Assembly (NCBI GenBank): GCA_951406725.2
Contig: OX597831.1
Coordinates: 69,006,001-69,070,000 of the forward strand
Direction: 5' to 3'
Length of the DNA stretch: 64,000 nucleotides
Origin: Octopus vulgaris
Lineage: Eukaryota
Shown here in pieces: positions 26,145-39,869 of this stretch; the first letter of the stretch is position 1, and each line of letters opens with the position of its first letter. The position numbers and the translations under genes are program-made. The notes below the pieces were generated by a model, which searched no databases, had not been told where the DNA came from, and was given only the letters and a program-made list of their open reading frames with translations.

Positions 26145-26279
26145 GTCTGTCCTACCCATGCCTGCATGGAAGATGGACGTTAAATGATGATGATGATGAT
26201 ATGCACATAGTCTTAAATATGAGTCGTACATAATTTATGAATATTTTCATATACTTGTTCATTTTTTTCGCATCATTCC

Positions 26280-27110
26280 ATGGCAAAAATTGTCTGGATC
26301 TGCAGTAACAACTAAGCAATGATATATATGTTTGTACCTTGATCTATAGGTACACACAATTGAAAGGGCCCATCTAGACCAAAATGTGTCTGGCATTCTT
26401 GTTAGTCACTGCTAGGGTTATTTTCATCTACCTCATATGTATTATCATCTACCTTATATATATTAAACCCAACACATACCTAAAAGATATATCTGGATGC
26501 ATACTGCAGTAACTTGCCTTTAAACGATGTATATTCTGGTCAATAATGCATTTACTAACGCAACCCAAATTGGATTTAGTGGGGCAAATAAGCCTAACTG
26601 AAGGTTTAATGGAGAAGCTAGGCTTATGGTTCTTTAGGGTGAAGTGTGTGTGTGTGGGTGGGTGTTTAGGTGTATAAGGTTCCATTTGATCAAGTAATCC
26701 AAGGTCTTGAATCAGCTTATAGTAGAAGTCTTTGATATCCTTAAGTTAGTGTATATATTGATTAGGAGGGTATATAAGTTCCTGGTTTTGTCTGAAGACA
26801 TACAAATGCAAATTCTGGAAATAATCCTGGAGAGGTCCTTTTGGAGTGAATTCATCATATTCAAGAATTTCGTAATCCATTTTGAATTTAGCCAAGGAAG
26901 GGTTAGGAGGTGGATTTTTATGAGTTCTAAAATTATAGCAATCTTTATCTTTGGAGTAGTAAGAATTATTTCATTTGTTGTCATAGAAGAAAGCCTTCCA
27001 TCTCATCTGTGAAATGAAGTCATCAATATTCTGTATTAGTAGTTCCGTGTAAAGATCTCTGGGTAGAATTGGGATATCCTTAGTAGTAGTGCCAAACATT
27101 GCTTATCCAC
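26280..27110 (-). mobile_element. Penelope-like RT N-terminal relic
   Basis: SSDKTRNLY and PSVRLICPTKSNLGCVSKCIIDQ resemble PLE ADKT and RLINPAKS motifs; boundaries approximate. Confidence 0.6.
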
Positions 27111-27899
27111 TATAAGTGTAATCTATAAGTAGTAATCAGCTGAACAAAGGGTATACAGATAGTACACGAGAGTGGAGTGTGTTCAATATAAAAAACACAC
27201 AGTTATACTGAAAAGAATTTAAACTTTAACTCCAAATTCTTTGACCTAGACAAGGCTCATGCTATCAATAGTGACTATAAGAAAAATTCGAACTAAGCTA
27301 ACGTCAAGTTAGTAATGGAGATAAACATAGTTAAGCTTTATATAAATATATTTAAATGGAGCACAAAGAATACAGAATTATCATAAACCGGATGGATAAA
27401 ATATATTAAATGACACATGCATACTGAATGATCAGTATATCCCTCTTCTAGTATTGATGGCACAGCACCTCTGACTATTTTCATCAAGAAAATACAGTTT
27501 AATTCAATTAACTATAGGTTTGGTAAGGACGAAGGTTTTACAAACTTCATTTTGAATGTTCAAACGTAATTCAACATACCTTTTGTTTTTATCAAAAAGA
27601 TTATGCATGACACAATGTTATAATTATATGTATACACAAACACATCTATATACCATATATATATAATATGGGTAAGAAGATGAAAAATGAAGTTAGCATA
27701 TCTTTATAATTAGTCACTGTCAAGTTTTGTAATTTGCTGATTTCATAAGCACCAATATAAGAATAAAGGTCAAATAATCATAAACTACAAATTTCTATCA
27801 TGTCGCTGTTGAATCATCTCTTGTAATTCGATTCTGCTGACAAGCAGTGCAGTTGGAAATGAAGGTAGTCACATCTCAAGACACGTTTGGCCAATAGAA

Positions 27900-30800
27900 C
27901 CTCAGAGAAATTTTGCTGAGCATTTGTTGAGTACCCAAATGTGTATCATGACTGTCATGAAGCACACTGTCCCATAGTTGGTAGGGAACTAATATTCTCG
28001 TTTGCAAATATAGAATTCTCTCTTCTATCATTTGCTGATCATGCATGCATTTAGAAAGGAGGTTGCCCTTTTTTTAGCAAAGTCCATTTTCTGGATATGA
28101 CCATGCATTTGATTTTCTAAATATGTCTCATATTCAGTAATATTGTTCACATGATTGATATATGCGAGGCCAAAGAGAATATCACTCACTTGCTCAACTG
28201 CAAAGATAATTCCTTCGTCCATTACTTGCAATCTCAATATTGTATCAACATGAGGAATTTTAGAGCCAAAGATATGCAATATATCAAAATCAACTGCCAT
28301 TAATTGAATAGCCCATTGCCTGATTCTAGCGGAAACATTCATAGGGATCGACATTTTGGGGTGGAAGATATATTTTAAAGGTTTATGATCGATATTGAGT
28401 TTGAACCTTTTTAATTAGCAGGAATTGTTTGAGATAGGTAACAGCTTCGCATTTGATATTTGACCAGTTAGACTCAGCTGGTGTCAATTTTCTTGACACA
28501 TATAAAACAGTGTTACCATTTTGTGAAAGTATTATGGCAATGCTGTTCATTGAGGCATCAGTCATCAACTTGGCAGGTAATTTAGGATCTAATGGCATCA
28601 ACACAGGTTCTTTGCGTAGCTGGTCTTTAATATTCTCAAATTCAAGTTGGCACTTGTCAGTCCACTGAAAACGATTGGCAGGGGTTAGATTCTGCATGCT
28701 AATTGGTTTCTCACTGAAATTTGAAATAAATCTCCCAAAGTGTCCTGATTAGTCCAAAAAAGGATTGTAGTTCCTCAGTGTTTTTTTGGCTGATTTAATG
28801 CCATGATTCTGTAAGTGAGTTCTTTTGTGGGATTAATTCTTTCTGCTGATATCATATCACATGGCCTAGAAATGTGATGCATGTAGTCTTTTGAACAAAT
28901 TTTTCTTTGTTGACACTGACTTGTTTCTCACATAACCTTCCGAGGATGACATTTAAATATTTATTCAGGTTCTCTTCCATCTTAGCAAAAACGATAATAT
29001 CGTCTTGCTAGGCAATGAAATTTTTTTAGTCCATTGAGCACCACATTCTCTATAGCATGCTGAAAAATTGCAGATCTAGTTTTCATCCTCATCTGTAATC
29101 ACGTAACCAAGTATATCACTCTTCTAGTATTGATGGCGCAGCACCTCTGACTATTTTCATCAAGCTTGATCTGCCAATATGTATTGGTTAAATCAATCTT
29201 AGTGAAGAATCTTGCACCACTGAGCTTGCTGAATATGGTTTCTGTTTGTGGCAAAGGATAAGCTTCTGTGCATATCTTTTCATTTAGGTGAAATTTGTTG
29301 TCAGAAGACATACACACTCATCCATTTTACCTTCTCACCCACACAACTGGAGAAGTATTGACTATACCACCCGGAGCACATTTTTCAATTACACCTTTGG
29401 CTTCCAATGCATCTATTTCTTTTGATACATCTTCCTCAAGAGTCATAGGTACGTTTCTGGGGGAACAGAATTTATCAGGCATTAGGTATTAATTTAACAG
29501 AAGCTTGCACTCCTTTTGATCAGTGGCAGAAATGACTCAATGCTGCAAATTGTTTCAGCATTGAGCATGTCATGACCCAGAAGACCATACCTGCAGTCAC
29601 CTTTAATTATTTTGAAAGTGTGGAGGAATTGCTGAGCCCCTCACTTCACCGTAAGTCAAGCATCCCCAATGCATTCCATGTGGTGCCCATCGTACAATCC
29701 ATATGAAGAATCTTGCTGTGTGATTGTTGCACCAATATCTTTTACTATTATGGATGCAATAATGCTGCAGAGAGCACCCATATCATGTGTCATGTCTATC
29801 ATGTGCCCACTGAATGAAACAAATTCAAACACAGGTTTTCCAATGCATGACCAATAAAAGTCATGATTCCATCCTGATGACTCATCCTGTAATTATTCCT
29901 GGTGCTTTTGCAAACTTTCTTGCCAAAGTTTTTGCAGATAGCTTTTATTGCAGGGCATTCGTATTGTGGAAACCAGAGTCTACCTCAGTAATAACTGGAT
30001 TTGTCACTCAATTTTTTTCTTTTATCTTGTACGGTCGTTTTGGAATAGGCAATGACTTTCTCTTTTGAATTGTCATTGCAAAATTCAGATATTTGCAAAG
30101 TACATTGTAAAAATTGTACTGTAGAGTCTAAACTGAGTTTGTTAACTTCATTAGCTTGAAGAACTTTCTCTCTTTCCTCACTACTTCTTAGACTGTCAAC
30201 TGAGACATTATGAGTTTTTCACTCATTGATGTTTTAGACATTTTCGGACTTTCAAAATCACAGTATTCACTGGTGTGTTGTAGATTTGAAAGAAATTAAG
30301 AAATTGACCCATTGGGTTGTTGAATAGTGGAGAAGAATTTTATTCTTTTGGATAATATCAATTTCTTTGAAGGAGCAACATGATTTAGAATTGAATTTTT
30401 TTGGTCATCATAAGTCATTTTCATAATTTTCTTCGAGATAATTTTCAGTACTTGTAGTCCTACCAAGGAAATGAATTTCATAGCCATAAGACTTTTGTCA
30501 TGATCTTGTCGGTTATCCTTTAATTCATCCACATAAAAGTTTGTTTTGAATACCATGAGCCAGGTTGAGATGTCTTTGAGCTAGCCATTTTTTCCATTTT
30601 CACTATTGTCATTTGCTGCTATTTCGATTTTCTTCTGGTAAAGCCAGCCACTTATTTGACCACTTCTGGCTGTAGATTATATAAAGAACCCCTTTCGCAC
30701 ATGGTTTCTCTCAAACCTTCTCATCTTGCTCTGATTTTTGACACCATCATATCATGACACGAAATGATCAGCTGCTAAGCTAAGAAACTCTATTTTTTAA

Positions 30801-30995
30801 CCGTTCATCATTCTTTTCATTCATTTAACCTGTATTACTAACATGCTAATGATCTTGAGTTGAAATAACTTTGTAACTTGTAATTCATTACTTTCTCTAA
30901 TAGCTTCTAGAATCGTACCCAACCAAATAGCAGCCTGTTTACTTACTTAATTTAACATTGGCATGTTTATATCTATATTTGCAACTGCAGTAACA
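27900..30995 (-). mobile_element. decayed Gypsy/Ty3 LTR retrotransposon (putative 5' LTR, gag, protease, RT, RNase H)
   Basis: RT FFTKIDLTNTYWQIKLDENSQ and QDDIIVF; RNase H TDASMNSIAIILSQ...YVSRKLTPAESNWS and ARIRQWAIQL; PBS-like tggtgtca near 30738-30746; putative LTR starting TGTTA at 30995; no matching 3' LTR seen. Confidence 0.88.
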
Positions 30996-31169
30996 CTTAT
31001 ATATATATATATACACAATTCTTACCTTACTCTCACCCTCAGTAGAGGCAACAATTTTAACTTGTTTGAATGATGATAGGTTAAAAGTGAGAGCAACTGT
31101 TATGGCATGTCTGGTATCAAATGACCAAACAAACCTTCTTTTCAAGTACTGAATAACATCTCTCCTTCC

Positions 31170-33425
31170 CAGATTCCCTCCCACATCCCTTTCCCAATTT
31201 ACAGAGTTGGCACTGTAAATGTAGGTCTAATATGATTGTAGAGATGCTTCAATTGAAGCAGGTTGATGTATGTTGCATCCAAGAGATAAGGTGGAGAGGA
31301 GCTTCAGCCAGGTTCCTCACAGGCAAGACACATAGATATAAAATCTTTGGGAAGGTAACAGTGACAGAGTAGGTGGTGTGGGCATACTTTTTGCAGAGAG
31401 ATGGGTAGATAAGGTTACAGATGTAGTCAGAGTGTGCGATAGAGTACTTAAGCTCTGACTAGTCTTGCAGAATGGTATAGTTAAAATTATATCTGCCTGC
31501 ACCCCACAAGTAGGCCTATCAAATGAACAGAAGGATTACTTTTATGATATTCTTCTGCAGGCTACCTCAAAAATGAGTGACAATGATCTCATCTTCATGG
31601 CTGGGAATTTCAGTGGGCATGTCAGATGGCAGCCTGGTATCTTCCATAGTTGCTCTTAAATACAAAGACCCTCACTGATGAATAATGTACCCCCCCCCAG
31701 TATAGACTAGTCATTAGCGACTTTAGACGTGAGGCCAGAAGGATGCCAAGAAGCACATCAATCTGGGAAAGAAGGATTTGGAACCCTTCATATGGTCAGA
31801 GATTTAGGGACATTCTAATTGAGAAATTTGATGAGAGGGAAGAGGAGCTACAAACTTGTGACATTGAAGAAAACAGGAAATGTCTACTGGACAGCTTACT
31901 GAGTGCCACAGACCAAATCTATGGCTTGTGCAAAGTCCTTTTCAGACCTAGGGTAACGTGGTGGTGGAACAATACTGTAGACAGGGCCTGGAAGGCCTAG
32001 AAGTGTTGGGGCAGCAGGAAACTGTATCAGATAGCCAGAAGGGAAACTAGGAGACAGGTTTATCTAGCCAAGGAAGAAGCAGAAATGAAGAAGTTTGCCT
32101 ATGTTCAGCGTTGTGAGGATCAAAGAACTGAAGTATTTCAGATTGCAAGAGAGTGTGTGAGAAAAAATTGTGATGTCACAGGAAAGAAATGTGTCCGCAT
32201 GTATAATGGTGCACTTGCTTTTAATTAGTCTGTAAAGAAAGAATATTGAAGATGCCATTATGAAAGGCTGCTGAATGTGGAGAATGAATGGGAGGAGGAG
32301 AGCTTGCCAAATGTTGACCCGATTGAGGGACCAGCTACCTGACTCAACAGTATGCTGGTAGATAAAGCAATTAAGGACATATAGAAAGGAAAAGCCCTCG
32401 GCTCATCAGGAATCACTGCTGAGATGCTTACAATGTCTGGTGGTGTGGGTTATGGTCTAGTCACCCATATTGTAAATCAGGTGATACACAAAAGAGTCAT
32501 ACCCAATAACTGGTATAGCAGCACTATAGTCAACTGCTACAAAGGTAAAAGTGATGTCTAAGATTGTAATAATTACAGAGGTATCAAATTGTTGGATCAG
32601 GTGATGAAACTTGTGGCAAGAGTCATAGATTAGGCTTGGTAAAGTTCAGGAAGCTTCTGCTGCTGCTTGCAACAAAGGGCCTCTCACCAAGTGAAAAGCA
32701 GATTGTTTGATGCCTGTGTGCGAACAGCTATGCTACATGGCAGTGAAACATGGGCTATAACAGCCGAGGACATGCAAAGACTTGAAAGGAATGAAGCCAG
32801 TATGCTTTTCTGGATGTGCAATGTCAGTGTGCATGTTCGATAGAGTGCAAGCATCTTGAGAGAAAAGTTAGGCATAAGAGGCATCACATGTGGTGTGCAA
32901 GAGAGACAACTGTGCTGGTATGGTCATGTTATGCATATGGACGAGGAGACCTATGTAAAGAAGTGTCAGTCTCTAACTGTGGTGGGAACCTGTGACAGAG
33001 GTAGAATCAGGAAGACATGGGACGAGATGATGAAGCATGATCTTTGAACCTCACAGAGGCAATGACTGGTGACTATGACCATTGGCAATGTACTGTGCTT
33101 GAGAGGACCCATCAAGCCAAGTGCACCTGTACTGGTAGCACGTAAAGAACGTCCTTTGAATGTTGGGCCTCACGGAGGCAAAGTGGCTGAGTTCCTTTCG
33201 AGCATTGGGCCTACACAGAGGCAATGACCAGGACTTTTAGCATTATGTCAAGCTTGAGTAGGAGACCCATCAAGCCAAACAAAATCATTGTCATGACAGA
33301 TACCAGTGCCATGCAAATTGGTACCCATGCTGGTAGCATGTAAATGCACCACGGTGTCACACAAATGGTACTCGTGCTGGTGGCACGTAAAAGCACCCAT
33401 CACACCCACTGAGTGGTTGGCTTTA
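31170..33425 (+). mobile_element. RTE-clade LINE with APE endonuclease, RT core deleted
   Basis: VDVCCIQEIRWRG, DRVGGVGILFAERW, CTPQVGLS, YRGIKLLDQVMK, LHGSETWAI, RQLCWYGHVM; 3' UTR follows. Confidence 0.92.
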
Positions 33426-34179
33426 GTTCAATACACGACAGTACACACACACACATAAATGTCAGAAACACATTATAGTGTTGCATTTTGATGAGTTACT
33501 ATATAGGTGTATGTGACAATGTAGTTCAGGAATTTTTACTCATATACACATGGGTAATGCAGCTTGTAGAAAATTGTTTCTATCTTTGTCCAGTACATAT
33601 TAAAAGCATTCTCTGACACAAGTTAGCATCAATACACAGAATCTGAATTGCCACAGATACGTTTGTTGATATAAAAAAAAGCACTAAGCTACTTGTAATT
33701 TTTTACTTTAAAAACATTGCAAAGTTTAACAGGAAAGATAGTTTGGGTGTATCATGTGATACTGTCCCTAGATGATGTCATAATTCCCAAATTCTCTGCA
33801 GAAAAACATTTCTAAATTTGCAAGTTGATATGTCATATGACAGGTGACACATGATTATAACTTCAAACTCTTTGTTATATTTAGATCTATTTTATAATTG
33901 TTTAAATCGATTTTTAACGATTCAGTTTCCTTCCTACATATAAACCTTGTTTCCCTTATTGCATACACTTAATTACATTTTTGTTTTGTGACATATACTT
34001 GGATATTTCAGCATATAAGTAGGATTTTTTTAGGATGCATGCAAATATTTGCTTTTACACACAGGTATGTATAATTTTCCAGCTTAGTGCCTACACACAT
34101 GTGTATGTCCTGTTTTGTAATTGCTTTCCAGTCTTCCATATATACATTATTTTTACTGTGGTTATTCTATAGTTAAAAT

Positions 34180-34392
34180 CTTTTTACTTTTAATTGTTTC
34201 AGTTATTACACTGTGGCCATGCTGGGGTATCACCTTAAAGAGATTTTAGTTAAATGAATAACCCCCCAGTACATATTTTTTCTATTCTATTGGCGTCTTT
34301 TATTGAACCACTGAGTTATGGGGGACATAAACACATCAACACCAGTGATCAAGCATTGGTAGGGAATAAACGCAGACACAAAGACAAAGACA

Positions 34393-34441
<49 letters not shown>

Positions 34442-34605
34442 TTATATATAGAATGGGCTTTCAGTTTCTGTCTACCAAATCCACTCCTATGGCTTTGGTT
34501 GGCCCAAGGCTATAGTAAAAGACATTTGTCCAAGGTGCCATGTAGTGAGACTGAATTCAGAATCATCTGGTTGGGAAGCAAGCTTCTTATCACACAGCCA
34601 CACCT
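34180..34605 (-). mobile_element. SINE family A, diverged
   Basis: Reverse-complement similarity to 11237-11646. Confidence 0.8.
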
Positions 34606-34873
34606 AAATGTTTCCCCATATTTCCTTAACTTAGCTCGAAACATTCGGTAGTTTAATAATTCCATTTATTTACCAAAATTTTTATTCCAATACAAATTAT
34701 GCAGGCTAAGCAAATTCAGTTAAGTAATATTCTTTGACTTCTAAAAGTTTTCTATTTTAGGTATAATGGGTATCACCTTTGGTTCAGTATATTAACTCAT
34801 CATTTTCCTCTGAAACCAGGATGAGTTAGACTAATTTAATAATATTTGATTGTAATACTTAATAATATTCTTC

Positions 34874-35301
34874 GGATCTTTTCAGTTTGAACGGTAGTTT
34901 CTAGGTAACTAAAAAATTTTAAACTTCGTATACTGGTAGAATGTGTTTATAAAACATCTTTTTCTCTTGGCTTTATTGAGAAAATTCTATAGTTTGTAAG
35001 ATATTTGTTGTTTTTTTTCTTCAATTTCTGCAATTTCAACCAATCACTGATGTCGATTGAAGTAAAATACATTCTGTGCTGTATGAATATGTCCCTCATT
35101 TAAGAAACAGATTGGGTTTATTTACATTTGTGAAGAAAAAAAGATGCCCTTCCCCCCACCCCTAACCCTAACCCTAACCCTAACTAACCCCACCCCTAAA
35201 ACAAATTGAAATGCAATAGATCGATACTAGGGTCATAATTATGGGTGACAATTTCATATGACATCGCTAGAAAAAAACTGCCGTTCAAACCGAAAAGATC
35301 C
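34874..35301. mobile_element. telomeric-repeat MITE, copy 2
   Basis: Exact 8-bp TSD tattcttc (34866-34873, 35302-35309); (CCCTAA)n near 35160-35199. Confidence 0.93.
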
Positions 35302-35809
35302 TATTCTTCTGGCTTTTACATATTCCCATTCTGCAATTCATAGACTCACCACCCTCCTCATATAATTTTCGTTACTCTGACTAAAATTTAATATTCCTGA
35401 ACTGAATGAATACTTTTATGGCAGTACAGTCAATTTTGGCTCTTTCTCTAACCATGAGATTTATTAATATAATAAATGTTCTTCTAAATCCTAGATTTTA
35501 CTTCCCCATTTCAAATCAAATGAAAACAAGTGTTATACTATGTTTTCTGCATTAGCTCCAAGAGGCTAAACAATTATAATAATGTTTTATGACATCTACG
35601 TGGAACATTCTCACTTTGTGTAACAGACAAATTTTTTAATTATAACCATATTGTGCCATCTTGTCACACACCTTAAAGCTTCTCTTTGATTTATAAAATA
35701 AGTTTTCAAAATTTACTAATTCACTTGTTGTCTTATGAATATTAATGATTAATACATCAATATATGTTAACTTCTTTATCAATCAATCAGAAGTGGTTAT
35801 TTTCTTTCA

Positions 35810-36035
35810 ACATTATAGCATTCAGATTTCCTTGTCAAATCTAATGCTTAATTATTCACGTTGTTTGAATTAATCATGCATTATCTTGTAACAGTGAGAT
35901 TTCGATGATGTGAGTGTTTATTTTTAGAATGACATTGTAGAGTAGGCATGAGATATTGGATCTGGTCAGTTTGAACCTAAGCACAAGCAGAATATTTTGG
36001 CTGGATACGGTTGGTTTAAATGCTAAAAGGGTTAA
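35810..36035. mobile_element. second piggyBac-like MITE family, left end decayed
   Basis: tagcatt... / ...aatgctaaaagggTTAA termini. Confidence 0.55.
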
Positions 36036-36164
36036 AGATGACATTCATAACTAGCCTAATATAGGATTTAACAGTTTTAATTTCTTCTGTCACTCACCCC
36101 ACTTTCTTGATGCATGCATTTCATTTGATTCTCCTTTGTACTTTTCTTTTAATTTTGGTTTCCT

Positions 36165-36561
36165 TTCACTCTTTCACTGTTTCAGTCATTTGACTGCGGC
36201 CATGCTGGAGCACTGCCTTTAGTCGAGCAAATCGACCCCAGGACTTATTCTTTGTAAGCCCAGTACTTATTCTATCGATCTCTTTTGCCGAACCGCTAAG
36301 TTACAGGAACGCAAACATACCAGCATCGGTTGTCAAGCGATGTTAGGGAGACAAACACAGACACACAAACACACACACATATATATATACATATATATGA
36401 CGGGCTTCTTTCAGTTTCCGTCTACCAAATCCACTCACAAGGCTTTGGTCGGCCCGAGACTATAGTAGAAGACACTTGCCCAAGGTGCCACACAGTGGGA
36501 CTGAACCTGGAACTATGTGGTTGGTAAGCAAGCTACTTACCACACAGCCACTCCTGCGCCT
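36165..36561 (-). mobile_element. SINE family A
   Basis: Highly similar to 9800-10194. Confidence 0.9.
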
Positions 36562-37314
36562 ATTTCTTAGGATGTTTTCAGGACATGTCATATATGGTCA
36601 ATATATAACTTATTTGGAAAGAAAAAATCCATTATTTGACAGATTTTGGTAATTACAAGTGGGTTCTTACAGTAGTTGCTATGTGGACGTTTGTTTTTGA
36701 GTTCAACTTATGATGTGACAGTTACGTTGAGCATGCAATAGTAGTTAACATTAAAATTGTGTGCATTGATAATTACCTTGTATTTCTGTGCTCGGAATGT
36801 TGGATTTACTAGAGTTAGGATATTTCTGCTTAGGTTCATAGTAACATCCAAGTTAAGTGTACGAGTTGAACCAAATGGTCCTCTTTTTTACTTGTTCTCC
36901 TTAGTATGATGTGGATGCAGTGTTTTCCATGTAATATAGCTTATCATTGAAAAAGTTTCTTGCGAGTATATCATAATTAATGGGACCTTTGTTTGACAAT
37001 AAATTGAAAATTCTTCTACTTATATTAACCCATCAAGTTTCTAATTATGGTTGTGATGGTGATCAGAATTGTAGAGAGTGTATATTGTAGTTTCATTTGC
37101 CTTTCTACAAGAGTAAGATTCATTAGTTTATTACAGTTTCTAATTATTAAGTTTAAGGTGAGAAGTTAATATATAAAGACGGGATTTAAGCAAATAAGTG
37201 TCTACTAACCTTGAAATGGCTATGAAGGTTGGAGGAGATGTAAAGTGAACCCCCAAACATTGTTTGTCAAATTGGGAAGGGTCAGTAAAGCTGGATTTAT
37301 ATTATGTAAAGAGC

Positions 37315-37603
37315 ATGGCCGTTCGCCAGCCTCGTCTGGCACCTGTGTCGGTGGCACAAAAAAAACACCATCCGAGCGAGGCCGTTCGCCAGCCTCGTCT
37401 GGCACCTGTGTCGGTGGCACATAAAAAGCACCCACTACACTCACGGAGGGGTTGGCGTTAGGAAGGGCATCCAGCTGTAGAAACACAGCCAGATCTGACT
37501 GGCCTGGTGCAGCCTTCGGACTTCCCAGACCCCAGTTGAACCGTCCAACCCATGCTAGCATGGAAAGCGGACGTTAAACGATGATGATGATGATGATGAT
37601 GAT
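37315..37603 (+). mobile_element. RTE 3' end with two tandem units of about 63 bp
   Basis: ggccgttcgccagcctcgtctggcacctgtgtcggtggcaca occurs twice; (GAT)n tail. Confidence 0.88.
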
Positions 37604-37874
37604 AGTTCTTAGAAGCTGGTACTTTCTTGTCTGAGCAAACTTAGAGTAAGCATTCTCATAACATATAGAGTAACTTAAAACACTGAGGCTTACTAAATGC
37701 TTTAATAAAAATGACATATATGCATGAGAATGAATCCGATAGAATGGTGGGAAGACATGATATTAGTGCTGTGGAATATTGATGAGTGGTAAGCTTTTTA
37801 CCAGTCACATTACTGGTATGAAACTTATTATAGATGAAAAATTATCTTATAGTTGTCAGTCTACATATGTATAT

Positions 37875-38173
37875 GACTGTGACTGTGACTGTGACTGTGA
37901 CTGACCAGGCTATCAGATATTGCTACACATCGCTGGTCACAATGCGCTTCACATTGTTTAACCTTCAAATGACACCACCCCGCTGGCTAAGTGAGCAGGC
38001 CAACACAAGAAAGAGTGAGAGAAAGTTGTGGCGAAAAAGTACAGCAGGGATCACCACCACCCCCTGCCGGAGTGGAGTTTTAGGTGTTTTCGCCCAATAA
38101 ACACTCACAACGCCCGGTCTGGAAATCGAAACCGCGAGTCTGCTGCTCTAACCACTGGGCCATTGTGGCTCCA
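37875..38173 (-). mobile_element. SINE family C
   Basis: Reverse of 5854-6159; flanked by duplicated acatatgtatat. Confidence 0.85.
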
Positions 38174-38578
38174 CACATATGTATATACGTTACTTTATAG
38201 GAAGTGTGGGATATAATATATCTTCAAATGACTTAAGTAGTACAGCAGTGCAGGGCTTGTGTGCTGGTAAGATACTGATAATAGACCAGGTATTAGCCAA
38301 GTCAACAAAGCAAGCACTGTTAGAAAGAGAAAATTTTGGTTAAGAGCATTCTTCAGTTTTTACCATTTGAACTTAACTGATGAGGTTATAGGGAAATGGA
38401 AAGCAGCATGAGGAGACAGTGCAGAAGCTCTTTGTTGCTGAATTCAAGGAAACAACATAGCCTCAGAATGGGAAGTAATGGTAGTAAGAAATGACACAAA
38501 GTTTACGCAGATAATGTAGAAGTTTAATGAATTATATACTGAAAGGAAGTTGTATGAGGTTATATTTTGTAGAAATTA

Positions 38579-39869
38579 TGAGGGACGTTCAATAAGTAAT
38601 GCCTCTGACCCACTTGCAGTTGTTTGATCTAGCTGAAATTTTAGATGTGCAATTATTTATATCTCTATAGATTAAGTGGCAAATTACAGCTCTGAACTAA
38701 TTGTGGTTCCTGATTTACAGGTGTTTGAACTGAGTCAAGTGTGAACTAGAGCCTGTTGAGTGTCGAGCAGTGATCCGGTTTTCGTATTTGAAAGGACGCA
38801 CACCATGGGAGACTTTTGATGAAATGAAAGTAAATTATGGTGATGATGCCCCATCATATGACCTTGTAAAACGCTGGCATCGTAAATTCAAACATGGTCA
38901 GAACTCTGTGGAAACAGCTCCCAGATCTGGTCGCCCCCCCTTCTGCCATTGATCAGGCATCTGTCTGTCAAGTTGAGGCTGCCATTTTGGAAGATCGATG
39001 CATAACTATTCGCCAAATAGCCCATGAGGTCAAGATTAGTACCGGGTCTGTGGAAACTATCATTCATGACCATTTACATATGCAAAAGGTGTCTGCCATA
39101 TGGATTCCCAGGTTGCTCACACCTTTCCAGAAGCAAGAACGCGTCGAGTGCTTGAGGATGAATTTGGAGATGTGCCAAGAAAATGAGTCAAATTTTTTCA
39201 AAAGTCTGATTACACAGGATGAAACCTGGGTCCATCACTATGATCCAGAGACCAAAGCCCAGTCAATGCAGTGGAAGCACCATGACGCCTCCTCCAAAGA
39301 AGGCAAGGGTGCAGCCCTCCACTGACAAGGTCATGCTCACAGTCTTCTGGGACCAGGACGGAGTAGTGATGACAGATTTCCTGGCAAAGGGTACCACAAT
39401 TACAGGAGCCTATTATGCTTCACTTTTGAGGAAATTAAGAGAAGCTATCAAAATCAAGAGGCGGGGCAAGATCAGCAAAGGCATCCTCCTCCTGCAGGAC
39501 AATGCTCCGGTCTACAATTCACGTGTCGCCAGATCAGAAGCACAGGCATGTGGCTATGAACTCCTCCCCCATCCCCCTACTCTCATGACCTTGCACCCTC
39601 TGATTTTCACCTCTTCCCAGCCATGAAGTTGTTTTTGAAAGGAAAGCATTTCCCAGATGATGCAGTTTTGAATTCTGAAGTCATGTCGTGGTTGGAGAAC
39701 CAAGCTGGGGTCTTCTACAAAAATGGTCTCCAGAGCTGCGTCAAACAGTGGGAGAAATGCATAACTCTGGGTGGTTCCTATGTAGAAAAAGACTAATAAC
39801 TGTGCCAAGTTTCGTTGCTCTACTGCTATGGGAAGTGGGTCAGGGGCATTACTTATTGAACGCCCCTCG
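38579..39869 (+). mobile_element. full-length mariner (DD34D type) with frameshifted transposase
   Basis: TA on both sides; 37-bp TIRs with 3 mismatches; WIPRLL, ITQDETWVHHYDPETK, LLQDNAP, YSHDLAPSDFHLF, end GSYVEKD*; three frameshifts, no ATG. Confidence 0.97.

Noticed and set aside
31026-31148. Minus-strand exon YLKRRFVWSF...EGESK with a strong AAG|GTAAGA donor
   Set aside because: Weak acceptor, wedged between transposon relics, phase incompatible with the 24334 exon, no recognisable homology
37315-37430. Hairpin-containing repeats with short spacers resembling a CRISPR array
   Set aside because: Contiguous tandem units of the RTE UTR in eukaryotic DNA, with no unique spacers and no cas genes
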